DNA of 44,117 nucleotides. Origin: a virus (Duplodnaviria; Caudoviricetes). The translations under genes were made by a program, and so were the position numbers. Under the pieces are notes generated by a model, which had not been told where the DNA came from, ran no database searches, and worked only from the letters and a program-made list of their open reading frames with translations. Position 1 is the stretch's first letter; each line of letters opens with the position of its first letter. Shown one piece after another: positions 17,421-26,985 of this stretch. The DNA lies in IMG/VR virus record IMGVR_UViG_3300037467_001781, positions 1-44,117 of that record, one strand, 5' to 3'.

Positions 17421-20132
17421 ATGTCGTTCCTCGTCCCGATCTTCACGGCGGTCGCTTCCGCCGTCAGCGGCGTGGCAAGCTGGTTCGGCGGCTCGGCCAT
17501 CCTGTCGGGCCTCGCCCGCTTCGGCCTCGGCCTCGCGGCCAAATATGCGCTCGGCGCGGTCCTCGGCAACCAGCAGAAGGCGCAGGCGCAGGCTTCGCAG
17601 CTCGACACGACCTATGGCGAGGATCTTGCCCGCACGGTCGCGCTCGGCAAGGTCGGCACGGCCGGGCAACTCACCTATCGCAATGCCTATGGTTCGGGCA
17701 ACCGTACGGTGCAGGACGTCTATATCCTCTCGCATTTCCGCGTCAACGCGATCACGCGCGTGCGCTACAAGGGCGAGTGGAAGACGCTTGGCGGGGTCGA
17801 GGATGCGACCAGGGGTTTCCGCATCCAGGACATCGATTCCGAAATCTGGGTGAAGTTCTACAAGGGCACGATGACCCAGACGGCCGATTCCGGCCTGATC
17901 GCGAAAGCCAATCCCGCCGGCCGCTGGACGGTCGATCATCGCGGCGCAGGCGTTTCTTATGCCGTCGTCACCAACAAGCTCAACCGCGAGCATCTGACCT
18001 CACCATGGGAAGCCTTCTTCGAGATCGAGGGCGCGCCGCTCTACGACTGGCGCAAGGACAGTTCGATCGGCGGCAGCGGCGCACATCGCTGGAACGACCA
18101 GGCGACATGGGAATTCTCGGAAAACCCGGTGCTGATGCAGTATGCGCTGGAACGCGGCTTCTTCAATGGCACCGAATTGATGGTCGGCAAGGGCGCGCCG
18201 GCCTCGCGCCTGCCGATCGCCGAATGGACGCTCGCCGCCAATGTCTGCGACGAGACGGTCGGCGTGACCGGCGCGCGCTATGCGGCCGGCGTCATCGCCG
18301 CGGCAGGATCCGGCGTCACGCATGACCAGAACATCCAGCCGCTGCTTGAAGCCTGCGCCGCGACGTGGGTCGACGACGCGACCGGCGAATATCCGATCGC
18401 GGGCGCGGCGCAATCGACGGTGCTGACCTTCACCGACGACGAGATCATGGTCGACGAGCCGTTCCGCTTCTCGGTCAAGCGCACCAAGTCGGAGTTGATC
18501 AACACACTGGCCGGCACCTACCTCGAGCCGGACAAATTCTATGAACAGACGCCGTTCTCCGTGCGCATCGACGCCGTGGCGCTGGCCGAGGACGGCGAGC
18601 GTCTTGCCGTGTCGGTGCCTTATGGCGCGGTCAACCGCTCTGCGGTGGCCGACCGCCTGGCCGACATCGCCTTCAAGGCCAGCCGCTACCAGGGCAATGG
18701 CGAAATCTGCATCCATCCGATGTTTCTCGCCGAAGCCAGGCCCGGCCGCTGGGTCGAGTGGGATTCTGCGGAATACGGCAACCGTTTTTTCCAGATCGTG
18801 GAAAAGCGGCTCGGCCCGTTCGGCGACAAGGCGGCGCGCAACATCTACCTGACCTTGCAGGAAGTCGGCGACGGCATCTTCGATGGCACGGACTATACGA
18901 CGATCCCGACCGACCCGGTGTTGCCGGGCGCGCCCGACTATGCCGTTGCGGCGGCCAACTTCAAGGCGGTCGGCGTGCAGCTCAAGGTCGCCGACACGAC
19001 CGATCGCAAGGCCGCGATCCGCTTCTCATGGGATGCATTCGAGGACGTCACGGTCACCGCCGTTGACGTCGAATACCGGCCTGAGGCGGTGCTGATCACC
19101 GTATCGATCGCGGACCCTGCGGTCATCACCTGGCCGAACCATAGCTTGGAAGCCGGTGACATCTTCTATCTCGCCACGACCGGCGCGCTGCCGACCGGCC
19201 TGCCGGCCGATACGCCGCTTTATGTGAAGACCGTTCTCGGCGCGGCGCAGTTCACCGCCTCGCTGACGCCCGACGGCAATGCGATCGCGACGTCGGGCGC
19301 GCAATCGGGCATCCAGAGCGGCTATGTCGACTCGATCGTCAAGCGGGCTGAACAGCCGCTGCAGGTGCTGACCGTCACCGAAGGCGTGTTGCCGTCGAAG
19401 ACCTATCTCTACCGCCACCGCATCATCACCTCGCCGCCGCGCGCGACCTTCTTCACCGATTGGGCGGAAGTCTCGACGCCGGCCGACGTGTTCGACGTCT
19501 CGGTCGGCCTGGCGCAGCAGCAGGAAGACGTCATCAACTTCCTGAAAAGCCTATCCGCCGGCCTGCAGGAAGCGCGCGACCGGCTGGCGCAGCTCGCCGC
19601 CTCGGCGATCGACGCCGCCGGCCGCCAGGCAAAGGATCAATCGGTCGCGGTACGGTTCAAGAACGCGACCGCGTCGGCGCTGACGGAGATCGACGCCTCG
19701 ATCACCGAGATCAACGGCGAGCTTGTCGCGCAGGCCTCGGCGCTGACCGAAGTGCAGGCCTCGGTCGGGCTGGTCTCCGCCGACGGCCTTTTCCAGATCG
19801 TGGCGCAGGCCGGCAGCGGCGACGTCGTCTCGCGCATGGTGGCGCAGGTCCGCGCCACGCTCGGCGATGACTGGGTCGATGCGGGATGGGTGATGGAAGC
19901 CGGCTTCACGGGCGGCAATCCGCTGGCGCCGTTCTCGAATTTCATCATCAACGCCGCAAAGTTCGTCGTCACTGACGGCACCGACAGCGGAACACCGCTC
20001 ACCTTCGAGGACGGCGAGCTGAAGCTGCTGGTCGCCCGCGTCGCCACGATCTATGCCGGCGTGCTTCAGAGTGCCGACAGCGCGATGCAGCTCGACTTGA
20101 ACAACAAGTTCTTCTCGATCGGGGTGCCCTGA
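17421..20132 (+). CDS. Tail tip / central fibre protein (lambda J-like)
   Basis: 903 aa; GAPLYDWRKDSSIGGSGAHRWNDQATWEFSENP; FN3-like region, coiled coil, C-terminal AAKFVV...LDLNN. Confidence 0.85.
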   Translation: MSFLVPIFTAVASAVSGVASWFGGSAILSGLARFGLGLAAKYALGAVLGNQQKAQAQASQLDTTYGEDLARTVALGKVGTAGQLTYRNAYGSGNRTVQDVYILSHFRVNAITRVRYKGEWKTLGGVEDATRGFRIQDIDSEIWVKFYKGTMTQTADSGLIAKANPAGRWTVDHRGAGVSYAVVTNKLNREHLTSPWEAFFEIEGAPLYDWRKDSSIGGSGAHRWNDQATWEFSENPVLMQYALERGFFNGTELMVGKGAPASRLPIAEWTLAANVCDETVGVTGARYAAGVIAAAGSGVTHDQNIQPLLEACAATWVDDATGEYPIAGAAQSTVLTFTDDEIMVDEPFRFSVKRTKSELINTLAGTYLEPDKFYEQTPFSVRIDAVALAEDGERLAVSVPYGAVNRSAVADRLADIAFKASRYQGNGEICIHPMFLAEARPGRWVEWDSAEYGNRFFQIVEKRLGPFGDKAARNIYLTLQEVGDGIFDGTDYTTIPTDPVLPGAPDYAVAAANFKAVGVQLKVADTTDRKAAIRFSWDAFEDVTVTAVDVEYRPEAVLITVSIADPAVITWPNHSLEAGDIFYLATTGALPTGLPADTPLYVKTVLGAAQFTASLTPDGNAIATSGAQSGIQSGYVDSIVKRAEQPLQVLTVTEGVLPSKTYLYRHRIITSPPRATFFTDWAEVSTPADVFDVSVGLAQQQEDVINFLKSLSAGLQEARDRLAQLAASAIDAAGRQAKDQSVAVRFKNATASALTEIDASITEINGELVAQASALTEVQASVGLVSADGLFQIVAQAGSGDVVSRMVAQVRATLGDDWVDAGWVMEAGFTGGNPLAPFSNFIINAAKFVVTDGTDSGTPLTFEDGELKLLVARVATIYAGVLQSADSAMQLDLNNKFFSIGVP

Positions 20133-21751
20133 TGTCGAAGCTCGGCTTTGGTCTCACGGCCGGTGACATCCCTGCGCTACGCATCTCGTTCGACAATGCG
20201 ACCGACCTGGTCAATGAACCGGCATCAAACGCTGGCAAGTTCCAGTTCGACAGCCTCAACGGCGCAAAGCTAAGCTACGTCTACGATATCGTTCAGAACA
20301 GTTACGATAGTCGTTATCGGACTGGCGGTTGGAGTAGTGGCAACTATTGGTTCTTCACGACTTATGGTTGGGAAAGTCCTTACAATTCATCAAACATAGC
20401 ACCAACCGCCAAGGCTCTTATTTTCTGGAATACTAGCGGTTCCGGCACGCAAGAAAAATATATGCATAAAGAATGGTGGGGATTTGGCTATCTGCCGATT
20501 TATGAATGGCGGCTGATCGATCCTAGTTTGGCCGCTAATACGTTTACGGGCGCAATCGTTGACTATTCGCAATTCCTATCAACACTCGGCTTTGTTGACA
20601 GTTACGCGGGTTACCAAAGCCGAGCGCTCGGCTATATCAATCAAAATTTGTATGGCAGCAATAGTTCGCGCGAAGCATATAAAATCACCACGAAAACCGC
20701 AACGCCGAACACGACATTTCAATATCTTACAACCGTGTTTCAACTTCCGGCGCGAGACGATGCATTGCCGGATTTCTCTGATACGCCTGTCAGCGGTCAA
20801 GGGGTTCTTTTGATCAATCCGACGACCGCACGCCTTGCTTTGCCGGGTCGAACCGTTGCCGATAGTGATCCCAATCACTACGTCTTTCACGAAGATAAAA
20901 TACCCGCCAAGATCATGGCGGCAGGTGACATCAATATCGCGGCGTCCGGGACAGCGGACATTGCGTGTCCATTGCCGCTTACGCCGTATACTTACATGGA
21001 CTTTATGATCAGGCGGCAGTCGGACGCAAATTTCTGGAACCCGCCCTTTTACGACAGTATCGCCTCAAACAAGTCACTTCAATTCACCTATTTTATCGAT
21101 GTTGCGAACCAGAAAGTCACCATCACCAATCTGAAAGCCACGGCGATAACGATCCGCTACATCATCTTTGCCGACAGCGAGGATGCGCCGACGACAGGTG
21201 GCAAGAAGGTGCTTTACCGCGGCAACGACGGCACGCGCGATTTCGTCCAGATCAAGCGACCCGGATCATCTGACCTGGCGCCGAACCTCAACGACATCAT
21301 CGTGGATACGAGGCTTGCCTATGTTCCGATCCTCGCGCAGGGCTTCTTAAGTTGGAGCACGGATTTCCCCACGGTCATTACCGGAAGCGATCGATTCAAA
21401 GGCGAGCGAATGGCGACGATTGCGGTCAACAACCCGTCGCCATCACTGAAACTTTTCGCCAAGCAAACAGTCGTGTTCCCGTCGAACACGGATATCATAT
21501 CGGTGCAGAATAGCTTTCATAGAGTATTCACCGACGCAGGTGGAACGTGGACCGGTCGCAGTAGTGGGCATAGCTCTTGGGCCATGATCTACAGCGACGA
21601 AAGCGCCGTCGATTTCTACATGGCAGGCGCAAATCCGATTTCCTATCAGAACGACGGCGCGCACTTCGCCCAATATTGGGACGGCTCGTTGCACCGGACC
21701 GATGCGCTCGGCCTCCGCTATTACATCTTCGGCATCCCCCAGAGCCTTTAG
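20132..21751 (+). CDS. Putative receptor-binding / host-range tail protein
   Basis: 539 aa, aromatic-rich, internal repeat ending RYIIFA/RYYIFG; visibly AT-richer than flanks. Confidence 0.7.
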   Translation: MSKLGFGLTAGDIPALRISFDNATDLVNEPASNAGKFQFDSLNGAKLSYVYDIVQNSYDSRYRTGGWSSGNYWFFTTYGWESPYNSSNIAPTAKALIFWNTSGSGTQEKYMHKEWWGFGYLPIYEWRLIDPSLAANTFTGAIVDYSQFLSTLGFVDSYAGYQSRALGYINQNLYGSNSSREAYKITTKTATPNTTFQYLTTVFQLPARDDALPDFSDTPVSGQGVLLINPTTARLALPGRTVADSDPNHYVFHEDKIPAKIMAAGDINIAASGTADIACPLPLTPYTYMDFMIRRQSDANFWNPPFYDSIASNKSLQFTYFIDVANQKVTITNLKATAITIRYIIFADSEDAPTTGGKKVLYRGNDGTRDFVQIKRPGSSDLAPNLNDIIVDTRLAYVPILAQGFLSWSTDFPTVITGSDRFKGERMATIAVNNPSPSLKLFAKQTVVFPSNTDIISVQNSFHRVFTDAGGTWTGRSSGHSSWAMIYSDESAVDFYMAGANPISYQNDGAHFAQYWDGSLHRTDALGLRYYIFGIPQSL

Positions 21752-21760
21752 GGAAAGTCC

Positions 21761-23995
21761 ATGACCTCGATCTATTCGACCGGCACGGTCTCCGTGACGA
21801 ATGGCAACGCCGTGGTGACAGGATCCGGCACAGCATGGGATGTTGCCGGGGTCGGCGGCGGCATGTTCTCCAGCGCTGGCGTGGCCGTTCCGATCCTTTC
21901 GGTCGAAGGCAACACCTCCCTCACGCTCGCCTACCCATGGCCGGGCGCCGACGCTGCGGGGTCTCTATACGCGATCCAGCGCGATCATTCCGACGCGGCA
22001 AGCGTTGTTGATCTCTATGACCGGTTCTCGCGTGTGCTGGTGACGCTCTCGTTGATCGGGATTCATCCGAACGATTCCGGCACGATCGCCAAGCGGGACG
22101 CGCTGACCCTGACGGTCGACGACGAGGGCTTCTTCTTCGCCCATGTCGAAATCGGCTACGACATCACGATCTACCGCTGGACGGGAACGGCGTGGGAAGG
22201 GCCCTTCGATACCAAGGGCGCGGATGGCTTGCCAGGCGTCGGCGCGGGCGGATACGGCCTTCCCGCTGGCGGCACGACCGGACAATTCTTGCGTAAAGCG
22301 AGCGGCACCGACGGAGACACTGGCTGGGCAACTGTCGTCAGTCGCGAAAAACTCACGACGGATAGGATCTATTACGTCCGCTTGGATGGCAGCGATAGCA
22401 ACGACGGCAAGACCAACACTGCTGGGGGAGCGTTCCTAACTCGGCAGAAGGCCATCGACGTCGTTACCGATACACTGGACATGGCGGGGTTCAACGTCAC
22501 GATCCAGTGCGCGAACGGCATCTATACTGACACATTTATCATGTCGCGGCAGGCTGTAGGTGGTATCCCGTCGATCCAGGGCGACGTGGTGACGCCCTCC
22601 AATGTCCTGATCTCCACGAACGGCGTTGACTGCTTTCTAGTCCAGAACCGGGCGCAACTTACGGTCAAGGGGTTCAAGGGAACGACCGTGACGGACGGCT
22701 ATGTGCTGCGCGCATTCCATGGTGGCCGTATCTACTTCGAGAGCATGGACTTCGGATCTGTCGCGGCAGGCGCCGGGTCGCACATCGGCGGCGACTATTT
22801 CGGCGAGTGCATCGCCACCGGGGACTACACAATTTCCGGCGGCGCGGTCTACCACGTCCATTGCAACTATTTTGGCGGGTATGACGCCGTTGCCAGGACG
22901 ATTACCCTGACAGGCACTCCTGCGTTCTCGGCCGGCTTTGTGGGCAACCGGGAAGCAAGCGTCGTTTTCCAGAACTGCACGTTCTCGGGGTCGGCTACAG
23001 GCAAGCGGTTCGTCGTTCATCGCAATGGCATGATCGATACGCTCAACGCTGGTCTTACGGCCCTTCCGGGCGACGTGGCTGGAGATATCCTCTCCGGTGC
23101 CGTCTACGATACTTACCAGAGCGAGCTTTTCGTCGGTCCTGGCTCGTTCACCGCCAGCACAGCGCACATCTACACAGCCGCCATCCAAGGCCTAGTGATC
23201 ACGGGCGGAGTCGGCTCGTCTACTGATGTGGCGTTTTTCTCGGCCGCCGGCTTCGAACTGATGGGCAACCCTACCGGGACTGCAAACTTACAGTTTTCAT
23301 CAGGTGGCGTTGGCTCGCTCGGGTTTTGCACGACGCCGCTGAGCACCTCCTGGTCGGCGTTCAAGGCTGGCACCGCAGCGAAATCGGTCCAGAATTGGGC
23401 GTCTGGCGCGCTGAAGACCAGCGTGGCAGCCGGCGATTGGGACTATGACGGCAAGGCCCTGTATTTCGCCGTAGCGGCTTCGTCGCGCGGTGTTGTGGCG
23501 GCTAAGCAGATCGCCACGGTGCAAGGCTCTACGGTTGCCCTGTCCAACTCCAGCACATCCGCGCAGAACATCTTCGCAGCGGCAAACGACACGCTGGCGG
23601 TGGCCGCCGCCACGACATATCGCTTCCGGGCGCAGTTGAAGTTCAACACCGGAGCGACGTCGCACTTCACGTCGTTTGGCCTGGGCGGGACTGCGACGTT
23701 CACGTCGATCAGCTACGTCTCGACGTCAATAGCGGCGGCTGCCAATACCTTTGCGACGCCGGCTCAACGACGTGTCGAAACCGCCGCCGCGAGTGCTGTT
23801 ACGGGCGCGACGACGGCGGTGACGACCGATGTCGTCATCGAGGGCATCATGCGGATCAATGCTGCTGGCACGATCATCCCGCAGATCACATTTTCGGCGG
23901 GGCCGACCGGAACGTGCGAAACGGCGTTGGACAGCTATTTCGAACTGGAGCCGATCGGGTTGAACACTGTGGCCGCAGTCGGCAATTGGGCCTGA
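21761..23995 (+). CDS. Tail fibre / tailspike with predicted beta-helix domain
   Basis: N-terminal anchor YSTGTVSVTNGNAVVTGSGTAW; GGTTGQFLRKASGTD; REKLTTDRIYYVRLDGSDSNDG beta-helix entry. Confidence 0.8.
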   Translation: MTSIYSTGTVSVTNGNAVVTGSGTAWDVAGVGGGMFSSAGVAVPILSVEGNTSLTLAYPWPGADAAGSLYAIQRDHSDAASVVDLYDRFSRVLVTLSLIGIHPNDSGTIAKRDALTLTVDDEGFFFAHVEIGYDITIYRWTGTAWEGPFDTKGADGLPGVGAGGYGLPAGGTTGQFLRKASGTDGDTGWATVVSREKLTTDRIYYVRLDGSDSNDGKTNTAGGAFLTRQKAIDVVTDTLDMAGFNVTIQCANGIYTDTFIMSRQAVGGIPSIQGDVVTPSNVLISTNGVDCFLVQNRAQLTVKGFKGTTVTDGYVLRAFHGGRIYFESMDFGSVAAGAGSHIGGDYFGECIATGDYTISGGAVYHVHCNYFGGYDAVARTITLTGTPAFSAGFVGNREASVVFQNCTFSGSATGKRFVVHRNGMIDTLNAGLTALPGDVAGDILSGAVYDTYQSELFVGPGSFTASTAHIYTAAIQGLVITGGVGSSTDVAFFSAAGFELMGNPTGTANLQFSSGGVGSLGFCTTPLSTSWSAFKAGTAAKSVQNWASGALKTSVAAGDWDYDGKALYFAVAASSRGVVAAKQIATVQGSTVALSNSSTSAQNIFAAANDTLAVAAATTYRFRAQLKFNTGATSHFTSFGLGGTATFTSISYVSTSIAAAANTFATPAQRRVETAAASAVTGATTAVTTDVVIEGIMRINAAGTIIPQITFSAGPTGTCETALDSYFELEPIGLNTVAAVGNWA

Positions 23996-24142
23996 TCACC
24001 AGACGTGGCTATCGTCATCATCATCCTCTTTATTGTGCTTGGCCGTTGTCATTTTACGACGTCTTGCCCAGTCGTTCTTAAGGATGACCACCGCGGCAGC
24101 CACCATCATGGCAAGCAATATCTTGGCTATGAATGGAGACAT
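23996..24142 (-). CDS. Small membrane protein (48 aa) with acidic tail
   Basis: MSPFIAKILLAMMVAAAVVILKNDWARRRK...EDDDDDSHVW; GGTGG RBS; downstream of acyltransferase. Confidence 0.5.
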   Translation of the reverse strand: MSPFIAKILLAMMVAAAVVILKNDWARRRKMTTAKHNKEDDDDDSHVW

Positions 24143-24161
24143 ATGTCCACCTGTCAGGGCT

Positions 24162-25199
24162 TCAGAGTTGAGATACTGGACTAGGATCGGGTGAAGGCTT
24201 GACTGCTGCAATCAGGCGCCGAGCCTTCTCCCCGATGGCCATGCTGGGATTTTCGACAACGAGATGAGTAACCCATGCCAGAGCGATGGCAACGATGATC
24301 GAGCTTACGCTGTAGACGACAAAAGATAGGTAGGGATTGAGTTCAATCGATCTCGCACCCAGTCTCACCACGATCAGCGCCCCAGCAATGTGAAGCAGGT
24401 AAAACGGATAGCTGATGCGCCCGAGGAAGTGCGCGAAACTGTTCGACGTCAGCCACATCGAGTTGCGAGCGACATAGGCGACCACGAGGAAGGCGCCACC
24501 CATCTGCCCGCAGCGCATGGCGAAGCCGGCTCCTAGTACAAAATCGGCGGTCATGAGGGCGAGCAGCCCGAGAACGGCGGTGACGCGGCCGACGACGGTG
24601 GCAGGCAAGTCATCGATGATCGCGCCGAGCGCGAAAGCGCTTAGAAAAAGCTGTATCGGGCGATGGTCGAAATAGGACACCAGGGCTGTCGCTGCCAGCA
24701 TGCCGAGGAACAGGGCCGGATGGATACGCCTGCCGGTCATGGCAACATAAACCCACAAGCTGCCCCAGACCTCGATTTGCAGGGTCCAGAGCACGCCATT
24801 TAGACTTGTATCGTAGAGGATTGCCGCTCCTGCGATCCGCGCCCACGTGCTCGATGGCGTTAGAAAGCCGATGATGAGCGCCGAGGCGATCGCAACGGGC
24901 AAGAGTCGGAAAGCCCGCCGTATCACATACGCAGCCAAGCCATCATCTCGACGCCGAAGCGAACGCGAGAGCACCAAGCCCGAGAGCACGAAAAATACAA
25001 TGACCGCGGCGTCGGCATGGAAGACGATATGCAGGAGGCGAAAGACGGCATCCTGCAGGCTAGTACCCGGAGCGGTCGCAAGTGTCATTCGGAGGGCGGG
25101 GCCGGTACCTTCGATGGCGGTGGCGCAATGGCCTATTGCCACGCTCAGCGCTGCAAGACCGCGTAGGCCGTCCAGATCGTAATTTCGAAGTGCCGCCAT
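24162..25199 (-). CDS. Acyltransferase-3 family membrane O-acyltransferase (OafA/Oac-like), moron
   Basis: LDGLRGLAALSVAIGH, AVIVFFVLSGLVL, RRAFRLLP, WTLQIE, LGRISYPFYLLH, LVVENP; many TM segments. Confidence 0.93.
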   Translation of the reverse strand: MAALRNYDLDGLRGLAALSVAIGHCATAIEGTGPALRMTLATAPGTSLQDAVFRLLHIVFHADAAVIVFFVLSGLVLSRSLRRRDDGLAAYVIRRAFRLLPVAIASALIIGFLTPSSTWARIAGAAILYDTSLNGVLWTLQIEVWGSLWVYVAMTGRRIHPALFLGMLAATALVSYFDHRPIQLFLSAFALGAIIDDLPATVVGRVTAVLGLLALMTADFVLGAGFAMRCGQMGGAFLVVAYVARNSMWLTSNSFAHFLGRISYPFYLLHIAGALIVVRLGARSIELNPYLSFVVYSVSSIIVAIALAWVTHLVVENPSMAIGEKARRLIAAVKPSPDPSPVSQL

Positions 25200-25240
25200 G
25201 TCGTGTCGCAATAGCACGCGGCCAGCTTTGCTCACAACCT
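25200..25240 (-). promoter_or_regulatory. Candidate sigma70 promoter for the acyltransferase (near-leaderless)
   Basis: Minus strand TTGTGA-N17-CTATTG ending 9 nt before ATG; no SD. Confidence 0.4.
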
Positions 25241-25276
25241 CCACCTTCACCCCCACAACCACAAAGAGGATAAACC

Positions 25277-26389
25277 ATGGACAAGACCGTACCCTCGGGC
25301 GCGGCGATGCTGCTTGCCTTCATCGGCGGCATCGAGGCGCCGCACGGCTTCGACACCGTGTATGGCAACAACCAGGCCAAGCTGCCGAAGCCGCTGACCT
25401 CGATGACGATCGACGAGGTGATCGCGGCCGGGCCGCGCTGGACGAAATCGTTCGGCAGCTCGGCCGCCGGCTTCCTGCAGTTCATGCGCGCCACGCTGCT
25501 GCGCCTGAAGAAGAAGCTCGGCCTCACCGGCAAGGAACTGCTCGACGGGCCGATGCAGATGGCGCTCGGCTATGAGCTGCTGAAGGAACGCGGCTTTGCC
25601 GAGTTCCTGGCGGGCACGAAGTCGCGCATGTCGTTCGGCCTTGGCCTGGCGCAGGAATGGGCTTCCTTCCCTGTGCTGACACCGACCGTAAAGGGCACGG
25701 GCAAGGCCGCGCGCACGCTGAAGCGCGGCCAGAGCTATTATGCCGGCGACGGCTTGAACAAGGCCCTGGTCGCGCCGGACAAGGTCGAGGCGATGCTTGA
25801 CAAGGTGAAGGCATCGGCCGCTCCGCGGGCCGCGCCTCTGCCGGCGCCGGCCGCTGTCGACCTGATCGTGTCCGCGCCGGACAAGGCGACGGTCGAGCGC
25901 GTGCAGCAGCAGCTCAAGGATCTCGGCTACACCGAGGTCGGCGGTGTCGACGGCAAGATCGGCGCGATGACGGCGACGGCCATCCGCGCCTTCCGCGCCG
26001 ACAATGGCCTGCCGGCCGGCGACGGCATCGACGACGACATGCTGCTTGCCCTACAAAAGGCCAAGCCCCGCGCCATCGCGCCGGAGCGCGCCAATGCCGC
26101 GCCGGACGTCGTGCGCGACAAGGTGCCTGAGGTCAAGGCGAACTGGCTGACGAAGGTCGGCGGCTATGTCGTCGGCATTCCCGCCGCCGTCGGCGCTGGT
26201 GTCAAGGGCGCGCTCGACAACATCCCGGTCGCCAAGGACTACATCGACCCGCTCACCTCGATCGCCAGCGACGTGCCCGGCTGGGTGTGGCTGGCCGGCG
26301 TCGCCGGCGTTGCCGGCGTCCTGGTGCTGATCTCGCGCCACGGCGAGGCCAAGGGCGTCGAGGCGTTCCAGACCGGGGCGCGACGCTAA
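25277..26389 (+). CDS. Endolysin (lysozyme-like catalytic domain, peptidoglycan-binding domain, C-terminal hydrophobic segments)
   Basis: LLAFIGGIE, SSAAGFLQFMRATL, LAQEWASFP, SYYAGDGLNKA; PG-binding VQQQLKDLGY...VDGKIGAMTATAIRAFRADNGL. Confidence 0.9.
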   Translation: MDKTVPSGAAMLLAFIGGIEAPHGFDTVYGNNQAKLPKPLTSMTIDEVIAAGPRWTKSFGSSAAGFLQFMRATLLRLKKKLGLTGKELLDGPMQMALGYELLKERGFAEFLAGTKSRMSFGLGLAQEWASFPVLTPTVKGTGKAARTLKRGQSYYAGDGLNKALVAPDKVEAMLDKVKASAAPRAAPLPAPAAVDLIVSAPDKATVERVQQQLKDLGYTEVGGVDGKIGAMTATAIRAFRADNGLPAGDGIDDDMLLALQKAKPRAIAPERANAAPDVVRDKVPEVKANWLTKVGGYVVGIPAAVGAGVKGALDNIPVAKDYIDPLTSIASDVPGWVWLAGVAGVAGVLVLISRHGEAKGVEAFQTGARR

Positions 26390-26496
26390 TGCAACCGATC
26401 CTCGAGGCGCTGATCGAAAAGGCGTTGCCGGCTGTCGCCGGCTTCCTGGTCGGCGTTGCAGCCGGCATCGGCTTGATGTGGTGGGTGTTCCTGTGA
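26389..26496 (+). CDS. 35-aa single-TM protein in lysis cassette (holin/antiholin-like candidate)
   Basis: MQPILEALIEKALPAVAGFLVGVAAGIGLMWWVFL; coupled at both ends (TAATG, GTGA). Confidence 0.55.
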   Translation: MQPILEALIEKALPAVAGFLVGVAAGIGLMWWVFL

Positions 26497-26786
26497 GCGC
26501 CGCCATCACGCTCATCGCAGGCCTCGTCGGCGGCAACAGGCTGCTCGCCGGCATCATCGCCTGGGCCGTCATCGCGCTCGCCACCTCGGGCGCGGTGTTC
26601 GGCGTCTACGAACTGATCAAGCACCAGGGCGCCGACGAGGTCCGCGCCCAAATCGACAAGGAGAATCAGGATGCCGTCAACAAGGGCATTGAGGCCAGCC
26701 GTTCTTTTCGCAACTGCAACGATGCTGGCGGGCTGTGGGACTTCCGGCGTCAACGGTGTTCCCGCGCTGCGCTCGGCCATCGGTAG
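26493..26786 (+). CDS. i-spanin (Rz-like)
   Basis: N-terminal TM, short coiled coil, C-terminal CNDAGGLWDFRRQRC; overlaps a lipoprotein gene. Confidence 0.7.
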   Translation: MSAAITLIAGLVGGNRLLAGIIAWAVIALATSGAVFGVYELIKHQGADEVRAQIDKENQDAVNKGIEASRSFRNCNDAGGLWDFRRQRCSRAALGHR

Positions 26787-26940
26787 CAGCCTTGCCGGCG
26801 CGCAGGGCAAGACGCTCGTCGACCAGAACAAGATCGACGAGACAATGGCCTCGGGCTGCGCGGTGAAGTTCTATACGCCGGCCGAATGCGACCGGCACAC
26901 CAAGGCCAGCGCCGAGCGGCGCGGCGAACTGAAATCCTAG
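26671..26940 (+). CDS. o-spanin (Rz1-like lipoprotein)
   Basis: Lipobox MLAG-C after a hydrophobic stretch; overlaps i-spanin in another frame. Confidence 0.75.
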   Translation: MPSTRALRPAVLFATATMLAGCGTSGVNGVPALRSAIGSSLAGAQGKTLVDQNKIDETMASGCAVKFYTPAECDRHTKASAERRGELKS

Positions 26941-26985
26941 CAGTGCATTTTCTTGAAGGGCGGGACAGTGGCCGAGGAAACCGAT

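Noticed and set aside
20132-23995. DGR or invertible tail-fibre cassette
   Set aside because: No reverse transcriptase, invertase or TR/VR repeat pair seen
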